From contig NC_043003.1 in assembly GCF_006345805.1 (NCBI RefSeq), positions 93,682,001 to 93,746,000 of the forward strand: 64,000 nucleotides of DNA, in the 5' to 3' direction. Position numbers and translations under genes: made by a program. Shown here one piece after another: positions 11,641 through 23,935 of this stretch (position 1 is its first letter; each line of letters begins with the position of its first letter). Origin of the DNA: Octopus sinensis. Lineage: Eukaryota. Under the pieces are notes generated by a model. It had not been told where the DNA came from. It did not search any database and was given only the letters and a program-made list of their open reading frames with translations.

Positions 11641-14324
11641 TAACAGCCTTCCACATAAGTTTTGTCAACTCAAACTCATGCATAACCTTCTTTCTAATTT
11701 CTAAAAGTAAATGTAACATCTGCTGTTCTGATATTTCTAAAATACTAATTGTTTCCTATCTAATCTTGCTGAGCTTTATATAAATTTCACTAAAACTTTA
11801 TCAATTTTAAAATTTTGTACATTAGCTAATAATTTTGTATAATTTCTCTCTTTTGAGCCTTTTTTAAACTTTTTGTCTCACACCAAGGGATATGCTTCAA
11901 TTGATCTATATAGCAAATAGAAACCAAATTTATCTGCAATCACATCCTTTTATCTCAAAAAAGATACACCATGTCAGGGGAAAATACAGGCAAATCACAT
12001 CTAGAATACATTTGACCATATATCTATTATATCAATACTGAACAGGGGCTAAACATCAACTACCTCAGTCATTCAAATAAAAAAATTGTGTGTAACTTGA
12101 ATAACTGAGAAACCCAATGTAACACTTTCAACATCTAAAGAATCATACAACTTTTTAAATTCTTATATCTTTAATCACTTTAGTTCATACTATCTTCAGT
12201 TTCTGGTATTTCTATTGACAATAAATTCTACCTATCTGTACCATTTCTGCAATCATCCATTGTAAAACTCTTGATCCATTTTTGTTCTTACAGAGATGAA
12301 GTGTATCTATATGATTTCAAAGACTTTTCTCTCTAGCATCTTCATCTGTCAGGACACACTGTAAAATACTATATGTTAATCATTATCATGACAAAGAACA
12401 CTCTAAACAACAGACTCACTTTTCTTGGAGTTAAATTTACCTCACTTGTTATTGATAATCTCTTATTCTTTCTTACTACATTGTTCATCTAATCTAATAT
12501 ACTGCCTTTACTTTTGCTGGGCAGTATGGAAGCTCAGTTTTCTCTAGAGTTATTTTACTAAGTTGTTTGTTTTACCAATATTTTGCCCTCGTTCTGGTTT
12601 GGATCTCAATTTCAAATATAAATTCTAACAGTATTTTGTCCTGTATGAATGTAGAGTTGTCTGATATGCTATAAAAAATTCTTCATCTCTGCACTATTCA
12701 CGTAACAACAGCTAATGCTATAAAGACATAATTCAGCATCCAAGCCTTACTTTTTGACAGCAGATAAATGTATTTTACTTTGACCTATCGATACAAAATT
12801 CTTATGACTAAATGAAGATCCTTGAAACCTGTGGTGAAAAAAAATCTAGATATTGTCACCAATATGGACAGACACTAGAAAATACTCTTACAATACTTAA
12901 TAGGACTAGCATATTTTTCATGATATGTAATAGACAAAAGTCAGTTAATTTCATTAATTTACTGGTATTTTATCAATTGTGATTGGATGAAAAGAAAAGC
13001 TAACTTTAGAAGGATTTTGAACTGAGAAAGATAAAATTAAATACTGTAATATCTTTAATCTGGGGCTGAATCTGGTCGCTGTTCTATCTTATTTTCTATG
13101 CCACACAATCAATCCTCCTCCTCCTCATCCTCCTGTGTACTGCAGCCATTAAAGACTACTGACATCATGTACCAGCAAGACACTACTCTGCAAAGGACAG
13201 AACTCTTGTTTCAACTGAGTGGAATGGAACAACGTTAAATAAAATGCAACCATGTCTCCCTCAGATCATACACTACTGTGTTAATGAATTAAGGACACAT
13301 TGGATAATATAGTTCTAAATACATGCACTGCATGAGAAATATAAGATGGAATTTTCAAGGGGAAGAAATCTTTCGGCATAGATCATGAGCAGAATTGACA
13401 TTAAGCTTAACAACATTAAATGAATACCCAAGAATATGTCTGATCAAGGAATTGAACCCATATCCTTACAATCATGAGTCCAATAGTTTAAGCACTAAGC
13501 CATGTAAGTGGTTATATATTCCCATAAAATAATAAAAGCTAAGGTCAGTTCCAACAACATGTAAGTTTGTAATTCATGCTGCTCATGCATGTTTTTTGAA
13601 GAAGCAATGCGACAAACCTTCTCATGCAGAATAACAGACTAATTGTGTTCATTTATTAATTGAGATTGTCAAGGCAAAGGCATTACTACCTAAATCAAGT
13701 GTAGACTTGATATGATTTGTAAAGACAGTCAATACTGAAATGCTGCTGAAAATGCTTAATACTGTAATGAGATGAATAGAAAACAAAAGAAAACATTGTA
13801 AAGAAATTAATTAAATAATATATTAGGCAAGTGTGTTATGATACCTAACATCGTTGATTGAATACACTGAGTGAATGTAAACAACATAAAGTGCTTCAAA
13901 ATGTTCATTGCTTTTAATCAATTGGAGTAGGGGAACAGTACTAATGACATTTGTAGGTACTTTTAAATGTGAACAATTAGAATATAATAATTAATCTAAA
14001 AGCAATTCAATGTTAATTAATATTAAAAAAACATGACTGATATAAATTAAGGAATAATCTATCCTATGCAAGAGCCTCTATGAGGTCATATGAGATTCAA
14101 GAAATAGAAACTAAATCTTCCTCAAACCACACTCTACTATCTTAATAAAGGAAGAACACATTAGATAATGTAGTACTAGATGCACTATATTTGGAATATA
14201 AGACAGAATAATAGTCATAGCCAGAAAGCCTTTGGTCACAGAGGTCTTGCTCAGTCAGAGAGTTGATCTTAACTGCAACACTAACAGAAATATTAGATAT
14301 ACAATATGATATAAAATATAGGCA

Positions 14325-14700
14325 TTAAGCATGGCTGTGTGGTAAGAAGCTTGCTTCCCAACCATATGTTTCTAGGTTCAGTCCCACTGTGCGGCCTCTT
14401 GGGCAAGTGTCTTCCACTTGCCCAAAATTTTATGAGTATATCTGATAGACAGAAAATGAAAGAAGCCATCACATGTATATATATGTGTGTCTTTGTGTCT
14501 ATGTGTGACCCCCACCACTACTTGACAACAGGTTCTGGTGTGTCTACATCCCTGTAATCTAGCAGCTCAGCAAAAGAAATCAACAGAATAAGTACCAGGC
14601 TGAAAAAAAAAGTCCTGGGGTTAGGGGTTGATTCATTCAACTAAAAATTCTTCAAAGTGGTGCCCCAGCATGGCTGCAGTCTAATGACTGAAACAAGTAA
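14325..14700 (+). mobile_element. SINE family B copy
   Basis: Head, core and tail (gccccagcatggctgcagtctaatgactgaaacaagtaaaa). Confidence 0.85.
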
Positions 14701-15729
14701 AATATATTATATCTATTGAATGGATTCTACTTCCATTATATCCCCAGCCACTCTTGTATAATGCAAGAAGCCATGCATCTCCTCTACAGCAAGAAACCTG
14801 TTCTGGCCTCTTCTTTCATACTTCAACTGTTCATCACCTAGCATAAAGTTGCTTTCATCTACACTGTAGTTTCACTCATTCCAAGGTGGAAAGCTTCACT
14901 GATTCTGATTTCACAATAAAACAACAACAAAAAAAACAACGAAAAAACAAAAAAAAAAGTATGAGTACCCAGCATGGAAGGTTGTTCAATTGTAGAAATC
15001 ATGCTAAAGCATACATTAGAGCAGAATACAGTCCTCCAACTAAGTTGGTCTTGTCAAACTGTTCAACCCATGTCAGTATGAGAGCAATGAACATTTTGAA
15101 GCACTTTATGTTGTTTACATTCACTCAGTGTATTCAATCAATTATGCTAGGTATCATAACACACTTGCCTAATATATTATTTAATTAATTTCTTTACAAT
15201 GTTTTCTATTCATCCCATTACAATAAATGATGATGACGTTGATGTAAAAAATTATCACTTTTTTGTTAAAATTAATTAGTCAGAATAGGACAGAGAATGG
15301 CCATGACCTATGTAGGTCATAGGCATATCCCATTCTCCACTGCACCAATCTCTTGCATAATTTAATTTTCAGCTTAATTACCTTCTCTAGCTGAACTACA
15401 CCGCAGGCAGTAAATTCCAGATTTTCTTCTATTATAGCCCCAGGCCAACCAAAATCTTGAGAATGTGTTTGGTAGATGGAAGATAAAAGAAACCCATTGT
15501 GTGTATGTGTGTGTATGTGTGCGTGTGTGTGTGCATGTGTGTACCTTTTTCTTGACAGCATGTAACAATTGTAAACATACAAGTGATGTTTATCTTCCAT
15601 GAAAAACATCTGATTATGAAGAAATATTACTTTGCTTGGGAAAAGGTAAGGGTTGGTGACAGGGAGAGCATGGAGAAGCACACATTAAATGATGGTGATG
15701 GTAATGCATGAGTGTTGAAGAGAAGTTCC

Positions 15730-16480
15730 TGGAAGCAACTCTGGGGCACTGACCAGGGAAGATTGCCCTCCCTCCTTCATGCTGTCACTGATCTTTTGCT
15801 AATCCCAAATAGCCTTAAAAATGGGGCAAAGAAGACTCATTTTGCAAGCAGTGTGGAGCAACTCTTTTCCCAACAAAATACATTTTGACTGAATATCTTA
15901 GGGCACTACAAGTAGAGACATGATAAAGTCATTGCAGAAATCTCTAAGTGGACTGGTCTACAAAGAGTTAAGACACTTTTTCCCAGAGGAGACAACAGTA
16001 ACATTACTCAGACCAGACATATTTCTGCTCTTCAGGAGCACAAAAACTATCATCCCGGGAGGACAGACTTGATATTTCCCATAAGCTAAAGGAATCCAAA
16101 TAGCAGAACTTTGTTGATGAGTCCTTGTCAAGGGATGGCACACAGCTTCATTTCTTATGGAAGTCAGTTACCAAAGCATTTTAGCAAGGTTAGTGAACTA
16201 TTCACTACAGATGATAGGCTTGGAATCCCAGACATCTGAAGAAATCCACCAAGGAGTTGAGCAGGACAGCTGAAAGAAGTTCCAGTTGGCTATGATTGGT
16301 AAGAGACTACAAGTGGAACCCTTCAGTGAACAAAGACTATTTTAGTCCTTGCTGCCCCACTCAGGTGAAGCATACAGGCTAAGGGGTAAAACGTTTGTGG
16401 TTCTGAGATACCGCTGACAGCATGGAAGAGTTTCCAGAATTGCAACAGATTTAGAAGAGCTTGCAAAAACTCTGAGTAGC
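15730..16480 (+). mobile_element. Decayed HERO/NeSL-like RLE non-LTR retrotransposon fragment
   Basis: Frameshifted translation WKQLWGTDQGRLPSLLHAVTDLL.IPNSLK/WGKEDSFCKQCGA…/GHYK*RHDKVIAEI fits the W..LW…R…AV.D.LP.P.NL..WG…C..CG…RY.WRHD pattern. Confidence 0.65.
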
Positions 16481-17074
16481 TCCTGCAGTTTCACGATGGG
16501 GCAAAGCATCTCTGATGACACTTATCAAGTTCGACTGATTGATGATGTACTTAGTGTTGGATAGCTGTTTTTTTTTTCCTTTCTTTACATATAATTATGT
16601 TTTCTTCTGTTTTGGATTTATATTTTAATGCAGAATATCTATGTAATTAAGTATGCTGAATCAACAAATTCATTTAATTTTACTTACATATAAATAAATA
16701 TTTGCCAAAACCTACTTTCATTATGGTAAATATAAAAAAACAAACACAAGTTGCGGGTGATCCATGTGTGTGTTTTCACTTCACTAATTAACAATCGCTG
16801 ACAATAGCGGCTGCTTCCGATTTTTTTAAAGCAGGGCAGGAATTCATAGCTTGCAGTTAAACTGTGTTTATTGTTAGTGACGATCGCTGAGTAATTTTAA
16901 TTTTTTTTTTTTTTTGTAAAGTTTGACTTGCAAAAGAACACAGAAAGTACAGCAGCTGTAACGACCAATTGCAGCCAATTTAATGCTATCACTCTAATAC
17001 CAAATGATTCACACTGAATCATTAGATGTTGGATTAAACAGAGTACTGAACTTAATTTAATATACACATACACA

Positions 17075-17476
17075 TAGGCACAGGAGTGGCTGTGTGGTAA
17101 GTAGCTTGCTTACCAACCACATGGTTCTGGGTTCAGTCCCATTGCGTGGCATCTTGGGCAAGTGTCTTCTGCTATAGCCCCAGGCCGACCAACGCCTTGT
17201 GAGTGGATTTGGTAGACGGAAACTGAAAGAAGCCTGTCGTATATATGTATATATATATGTATATGTGTGTGTTTGTGTGTCTGTGTTTGTCCCCCTAGCA
17301 TTGCTTGATAACCGATGCTGGTGTGTTTACGTCCCCGTCACTTAGCGGTTCGGCAAAAGAGACCGATAGAATAAGCACTGGGCTTACAAAGAATAAGTCC
17401 CGGGGTCGATTTGCTCGACTAAAGGCGGTGCTCCAGCATAGCCACAGTCAAAATGACTGAAACAAGTAAAAGAGTA
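17075..17476 (+). mobile_element. SINE family B full-length (tRNA-derived, CORE-like; resembles octopus OR-type SINEs)
   Basis: A/B boxes, ttgggcaagtgtcttc core-like segment, internal (TA/TG)n, tail …aaatgactgaaacaagtaaaagagta. Confidence 0.9.
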
Positions 17477-17590
17477 TACTAATAACATATTTTAATAGCA
17501 AGCTAAAATATATAAAACACAAACATACACATTAGCGAAGATGTAGATTACGATGTTGTTAGAATACAGAACAAATATTGAGAAAATTTA

Positions 17591-17821
17591 GGTACTACTT
17601 AAGAAGAGTGGTCCCGGTGCGCGCACTCGTGCATCCGCTCTAGCTAGTCGTAACTAGTCGATCCTTTGTGTTTTTGTATTTTATTTACTTTGTTTAGAAA
17701 AAATTGCCTTATTATTTACTTTGTGTTTTATTTACTTTGCTAGGTAGTCGTTGTAGGATCGACTAGTCACGACTAGCTAGAGCGGATGCGCGCACCGGGA
17801 CCACTCTTCTTAAGTAGTACC
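17591..17821. mobile_element. 231-bp MITE, about 70-bp TIRs (GGTAC…GTACC), perfect 9-bp TSD GAAAATTTA; Merlin- or MULE-type
   Basis: TSD at 17582-17590 and 17822-17830; arms differ by one substitution and one short indel; AT-rich spacer with three ttatttactttg units. Confidence 0.92.
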
Positions 17822-18084
17822 GAAAATTTATAAGTTTACATATAGCGTACGCCAAATAAATCGAAAAGTATTCAGTCATGTAAGGATTGAAGAGTGTGGG
17901 CAAATTGACATGTCTAGTGATGGCTTTAAACCTCTTAAACAGCAAAGGAAAAAAAAAAGTATTATATGAATGCAAACTATATTTAGTTGTCTGGGGAGAG
18001 TCGTTCTCTTTTAGTGCCTTATTATTTAACACACTCACCGGTAAAATTTCCATTTATTTCTTATTTTTATTTTCTAAAATTTTC

Positions 18085-18330
18085 GTTATTAATAATCTTA
18101 CAAGAGGTGACGTGCTGCCAAATTCAATAGAGCACCGGAAAAACAAAATGCTTCGCAATATTTGTTCCAACTCTTTACGTTCTGAGATCAACTTAGCCTT
18201 TCATCCTTTCGGGGTCGATAAATTAAGTACCAGTTACGCACTGGGGTCGATGTAATCGACTTAATACCTATGTCTGTCCTTGTTTGTCCCTTCTGTGTTT
18301 AGCCCCTTGTGGGTAGTAAAGAAATAGATA
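18085..18330 (+). mobile_element. SINE family C (central gcctttcatcctttcggggtcgataaa), tail variant iii
   Basis: Matches the reverse complement of 42511-42742. Confidence 0.85.
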
Positions 18331-18782
18331 AAATAAAGCATAAGTACTGAAGTCATTGGTATCGACTGACTCCCCCTCAAAAATTGTTGGCTAGGTGCCT
18401 AAATGAGAAATCGTAAACAATCTTAGACAATTAGTTGATTAGTTCGTTTTTTTTTTCTTCTTCTTTATTATTATTATTATTAACAACCAATTTGCCTGCA
18501 TTTAAAAATAAATTTCACGTGAACAGTCAAAAATTTATTATAATAAACTTTTGACACACTGGGGCACTTTGTCGAGAGCCGTTTGTACGCAATATTCCGT
18601 ACTAATTGTATTTATGACAAGGTGCCCAATTTAGGAAAGATTGACTAAGACACACGACACTATATGTGAGTGTGCATGTCTGAAGGAGTGTGTATGTCTC
18701 TGTCTATATATGACTATTATAAATGAGTATAAAATAATTAATAACAAGCAAAATACCAACTGCACAATATTTCATTACAAAC

Positions 18783-18822
18783 CTAAGCAAACGAACAAGA
18801 CTTTCTTCTTCTCTCCGTCCAT
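18783..18822 (-). CDS. ACP1: ACP1 exon 1 coding part (MDGEKKKVLFVCL-G)
   Basis: caccATGg Kozak context; KVLFVCL|G motif; |gtttgt phase-1 donor completes CLGNICRS with exon 2. Confidence 0.93.
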
Positions 18823-19150
18823 GGTGAAGTATAGATATAGAGTGCTCTCCCTTGTGAAATAGAGTGTGGCAGCCGGTTGCAATATCAGTTTGCGTGTGTT
18901 TGTTTTTGATCTCTAACGGTGAATGATGTTGTTTAGCGCCATATCAGACCTATTCCGGTTACGCCAGCTGTAACTGTCCAGTATTTTGTATATCCAGAAC
19001 TAGGTCATCCAACTTGCCTCTTTTAAAAGACAGTAGGAGGTGATATGAGGAAGATTTGGCCACTGTTCCCGGCAGGCCGAAAAAAACGTAGCGGCTCTCT
19101 TGTTGACGAGCGTCGCCTTGGAAGTGACAATTCACCGTTAAAGTTTTTAA
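18823..19150 (-). promoter_or_regulatory. Presumed ACP1 5'UTR/proximal promoter
   Basis: Directly upstream of the start codon; CpG dinucleotides look locally more frequent over about 16.7-19.4 kb (by eye); no specific motif identified. Confidence 0.35.
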
Positions 19151-21649
19151 ACATTCATTTGATTATCATTTCAAACTGAAATTTTCTTGGGGAGCAGAAT
19201 CACTAGCTTATTTTAGGTAATTGGTGCCGTCCTAAAAGACACACCAGTATCACCATATCAATGATCGTTTTCGATTTTACTTCTTTATGTTTGGTACTTT
19301 ATCAATCTAGAAATATCGAAAGGTAAAGTTTACTCTGTTGGGATCTAAATCGACATGGAAACCGATTTGTAGTCACACGACCTGCAGAAATAGCAACTAA
19401 ATTTCCCTTAAATCATACCAAGCTGTTTTAAAATCCCACACATTCTATAGTGTAGATCATGTGGTGGAATGCTAAAACTAGAATGCCTTTGATCTTACAT
19501 CCGCTTGACATAGGCAGGGATTGTCGGAATTGTTAGAGTGTAGAACAAAATACATAGCAGTATTTATCCTGGTTCTGTGCACTTTAGTTGATTTAGCAAG
19601 GGAGCATGTTCTTGTGTAGACCTCCCCACAATTCTTTTCAAGTAAGTTTCACGTCAAGCTAAGTGAAATTGTTGTCGGAGCCAGTGCTGGTGACATGTAG
19701 AAGGCACTCATGGCAGTGAAATGTAAAAGCAAAAACAGACTGAGGCCAGGGGCAGTTCTCTGGCTTACGAGTTCCAGTCAAACATCCAACCCATGCCACC
19801 ATGGGAAACGGACATTGAATGATGATGAAGATAATAATGATAAACTTCCTTCGTACAATCGTCACATTTAGTGCAACAACCCTGATGTGCAAACGGTGTT
19901 ATATGAAAATATGTCCGTTATAATGAAAACAGTTCTAGTATAACACTAATTTTTATAATAAAGACTGTCTCAGTATAACAATGTTTTTAATAACAGACTG
20001 TCCAAATATAGGTGTCTGGCTCAATGAAGACAACTCCAGTGTAACACTATCTTTTATGATAAAGACTCTTCCAAAATAACATTAGTCAAAGAGGAATAAA
20101 GTGAATTTCAGAAGGCATAGTTTGCATTACAGTTGAGTGGTATCTTAAGCTGGACTGGTTGCAACACCTAAGGTACCCAGGCTCTGAGGTACCTGCACTA
20201 TCCAGGAATCATGATCTGGAGTTGGCTTGTGTCTTACCCTTTAAAGAATTAAGGGCCAAAACATTTCTTACAGTTTCTTTTTACCACTGTCTAATTTAAT
20301 AATAAAACTTTCCCTTAGTAAAAGCTCATTTTATACATATATGTTTATCAATTTGCTTCTTTCTGGCTATACACAATATATTTTAAGGTAACTGGAAATG
20401 TGGTACTCACATCTCTGCATGGTAATCAAATCTATGTTATAAATGTAGTTTACTGAAAGTTTCATTGTGATTTTACTACAGAAATTTTTAGTTCAAATGA
20501 CAGATTAAGGGGTAAATGTATTTATAAATCTTGTAAGTTTAGACACTTTCTAGTGTCCATATAAAGTATTTAAAGGGGAAAATGAATAAATAGTTTTAAA
20601 TTCAGTACTACAAAATATTTATATTACATTACTGCAGCTTAAGCAGTGTTTTAATCAACCTCACATGACTTGCTTTCAGTTAGACTGAACCAGTGAAATT
20701 TATGTTTAGATTATAGTTCCCACACAATGCCAGTGATAAAGTATAAATTCATACTTTTACATATTTCCGAAAGTTATATCGTACAAAGAACATAGCCATG
20801 CTATGAAGTGAATTTTAACATTCAAACGAAAAATGTAGCTGTGAGATGACAGGAAGAAACATATGATTTCTAATTAAGTGGTAACTAAAATACTTAATGA
20901 AATTTTCCAATCATGGAAAGAAAATTGTTTTATTAACTCTTGTCATGGCAGGGGAGACAACTATAAAATTTCAACATTCCCCCCAAATTGAAGGGGTTGG
21001 TGACATACAGTGAGTTCCCTCAAGAAATATAATCATTCAAAATCTTTAGTCTCAGTCACATAAGATCTGGTAAAGGCACTGCTAAGACTATATTTCACTG
21101 AGAAGGTTCAATAATACTGAAACATCTGGAGTTGTAACTGCATTTACCAAAGATCAGATTCACTCCTCACTCATTCAATTTTTAAGTTGGACTATGTAAT
21201 TGCGTTTCCAACCAATTATTAAAGTTAACATTTTACTTCATTATTTCATATTGATTTAGAAAACAAAAACAACTTTTATGTTTCCAACATTATGTCAGAC
21301 ACCACTTAACCATGTGTCCTTCATGCAGATGGCATCCCCAGGGCAATTCTCACCCTGCTCAGTCATATTAATCCTAACTGGTGTGTGTGTGTGTGTGTAA
21401 ACATATATGCCTGCTAGGCAGTTTGCATAAGAAAATTCTTATCAGTTATCTATAATTTATAGTCACAGTTTAATGTTTCATAACTTATTTGATAGCCATG
21501 TGTGATAAGAAGAACATGCTTCATTCATCCTGAATATATCAGATTTTCATTTAAATTAGGTTAAAGATATAAAGTTTCAAACATTGCCATTGCCTGACTG
21601 TTAAAAATCTAGCCACATACTATTATTACAGTAAATGATAAGGTTATGA

Positions 21650-21810
21650 GGTGGTAGAATTGTTAGCATGTCATTGAGGCATTTATTCCAGCTCTACATT
21701 CTGGGTTCAAATTCCTCCAAGGTCAAATACTCTGCAGTCAAGTGATGTAATCATCTTATTCCTTCCCTAAAATTGCTGGCCTTGTGCCAAAGTTTGAAAC
21801 CATCATTACA
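21650..21810 (+). mobile_element. SINE family C, tail variant ii (also about 27210-27420, 30125-30340)
   Basis: gggttcaaatt B-box and aaattgctggccttgtgccaa…tttgaaacc tail. Confidence 0.7.
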
Positions 21811-22469
21811 ATGAGTGACCCTGACCACTGTTTTCATTTTCCATACTGATGGGAGTTTATCAAGTAGTACAATATTACTACTTGTTGTCATCCTTTTTTA
21901 AGCTTGTCTACAAATCCAGAGGTTCTCATGGATTGGGGAGAGTCTGTTAGAATTGAAAAGGGAAAACAAACTGCAATATTAGTGCAGCTCTACAGCTTAC
22001 CAACTCTAGTCAAACTCTCCAACCCATGCCAGCAGGGAAAATGGATATTAAAGGATGATGATGATGTTTGAATTTTAAATTTGTCCAACTTGATGGTCAA
22101 AAAACAAGAGTTACATGGATATAGTCTATTTTGTCTGCTCTGCTAAATATTAAAGGGAAGTAATGGAAAACATCTTTTACTAAGATTTCTTACCAAATAG
22201 TGGCTGTATGAGACAGTTTAGGAACCACCATTTCTATTAGGTCCATCATTCTGGGATCTAATCGTAACCAGTTCTAATATCTTACTACTTGGTCTTTATC
22301 TTTTGCAGTTATCTTCCACTATTCTCAACCTACAACATGGGTTTTTTTTTTTCATCAAAAGCTTACCTTTTATATGGATTACAAGTTCATACCAGCAACT
22401 GTTGTCATTCCTGCATACACCACCCAAAAGCCCTCACTTGCCAAGATACTTTGTAAGCTCACATAGTAT

Positions 22470-22830
22470 TTTTTACTCATTTCAGTCATTAGATTGAGAC
22501 CATGCTGGGACACCACCTTGAAGAATTTTTAGTTGAATGAATCAATCAAGGACTGTTTTTTTAAAGCCTGGCACTTATTCTATCGATTTCTTTTACTGAA
22601 CTACTAAGTTGCAAGGATGTAAACCAACCAAGACCAGTTGTCAAGTGATGGTAGGGGACAAACATAAACATACACACACATATATATATATGACAGGCTT
22701 TTTTGTTTCCATCTACCAAATCCACTCAGAAGACTTTGCTTTGCCCAAGGCTATAGTAGAAGGCACTCAACCAAGGTGCCATGCAGTGGAACTGAACCCA
22801 GAACCTTCTTACTACACAGCCAAGCCTGTG
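22470..22830 (-). mobile_element. SINE family B copy
   Basis: Reverse complement match. Confidence 0.8.
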
Positions 22831-23599
22831 CCTCATATTGCATTCCATCTTTTTTGCAACTTTAACTGTTTTATTACTAAATTTCAATAGAAATACATTG
22901 GCTTTGTTTCATCACATTGAAACAGTGAGTTTGTCTCATAGAACAAGGGATAACTGCAGACAGGTTGGTATCAAAAGGCTTAACATGCAACAAATCATGC
23001 CAAACTATTTACACATTAATTTCTTCTTCCTGAATAATGCTTTGCCAATATTCTAATCACCTTGCTAATTTCAGAGTGAAAAAATAGGTTAAGGTATAAA
23101 ACATGGTGGCCCAATTTTGAAATTTGTCATGGGCCTGCAACCATAAATGATTTTTCTTTCTCTACTTTTTTTTTTATTGCAATTAGCTGTAATTTTCTGG
23201 TTAAAATAAATTCAAATTGGTTCCTCTGACATTCCATAAGAATTATAATTTTATTTACTTAGGCAAGGGAGAAGCAGTGAATTATGTATATAAGTACAGC
23301 TAGCCATCATTCAAGAAAATATGGCATGGTAATATATGTTATGCTTTTACTTAATTGTTTCAGCTTATGTAATCATGAGCCTAGGCACTCTTGGTTCCCT
23401 CATCCTTGACCCATAGGGCTCAGCAACACCTGGTTGGTAATCATTACAGCTGAGTAGACAAAAGCAGCATGAAATAAAGTGTCATATTCAAAAGCCCAAT
23501 GCAACAGCCAGTCCAAGAATTGAACCTTTGACATTATGATCACATACTCAAAACTCTTACTAGGTTACATACTTTTAAATCCATGTACATGAGTGTGTG

Positions 23600-23935
23600 A
23601 TACCTAGTAGCTGTGATACCAGTGCCAGTGGCATGTAAGAGAACCATCCGAACGTGACTGTTGCCAGCGCCGCCTTGTCTGGCCCCCGTGCCGGTGGCAC
23701 GTAAAAAGCACCATCCGATTGTGGCTGTTTGCCAGCCTCGTCTGGCACCTGTGCAGGTGGCACGTAAAAAGCACCCACTACACTCACGAAGTGGTTGGCG
23801 TTAGGAAGGGCATCCAGCTGTGGAAACACTGCCTGATCAGACTGGGCCTGGCGCAGCCTTCTGGCTTCCCAGACCCCAGTTGAACCGTCCAACCCATGCT
23901 AACATGGAAAACGGACGTTAAACGATGATGATGTA
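23600..23935 (+). mobile_element. SINE family A copy
   Basis: Internal repeat units, body and (GAT)n tail. Confidence 0.9.

Larger units (their letters stand above)
437..18822 (-). other. ACP1: ACP1/LMW-PTP gene span: join(18783-18822,10729-10802,6211-6324,4022-4083,1863-1965,437-514), 471 nt, 156 aa + stop
   Basis: Six GT-AG exons splice in frame to MDGEKKKVLFVCLGNICRSPMAHAIFEHLLKEKNQHNMWEVDSAAIGDWHIGKQPDERALKVLKENAINFRHTVRQITKSDFKTYDYIFGMDEQNMQDLSMVCGSNKQKAKVELLGKWDPQKVVIIPDPYFDTQAEFYPVYDQCYRCCKAFLESFN. It has the CX5R(S) P-loop and DPY loop of LMW-PTPs, and exon sizes (74/114/62/78) agree with human ACP1 as I recall it. Confidence 0.96.

Noticed and set aside
12150-12830. Possible mariner-like transposase relic on the minus strand (PETEDSM resembling PETKRQSM)
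   Set aside because: Only scattered 4-6-residue resemblances and no TIRs found; not supportable without a frameshift-aware search
17910-17969. Short ORF MSSDGFKPLKQQRKKKSII as a possible first exon of a nested gene
   Set aside because: No good donor, no downstream exons, and it stops after 19 codons
20000-21600. Non-repetitive AT-rich stretch upstream of ACP1 as a possible divergent gene or ncRNA
   Set aside because: No spliceable ORF with homology and no snRNA/snoRNA motif set that I could support
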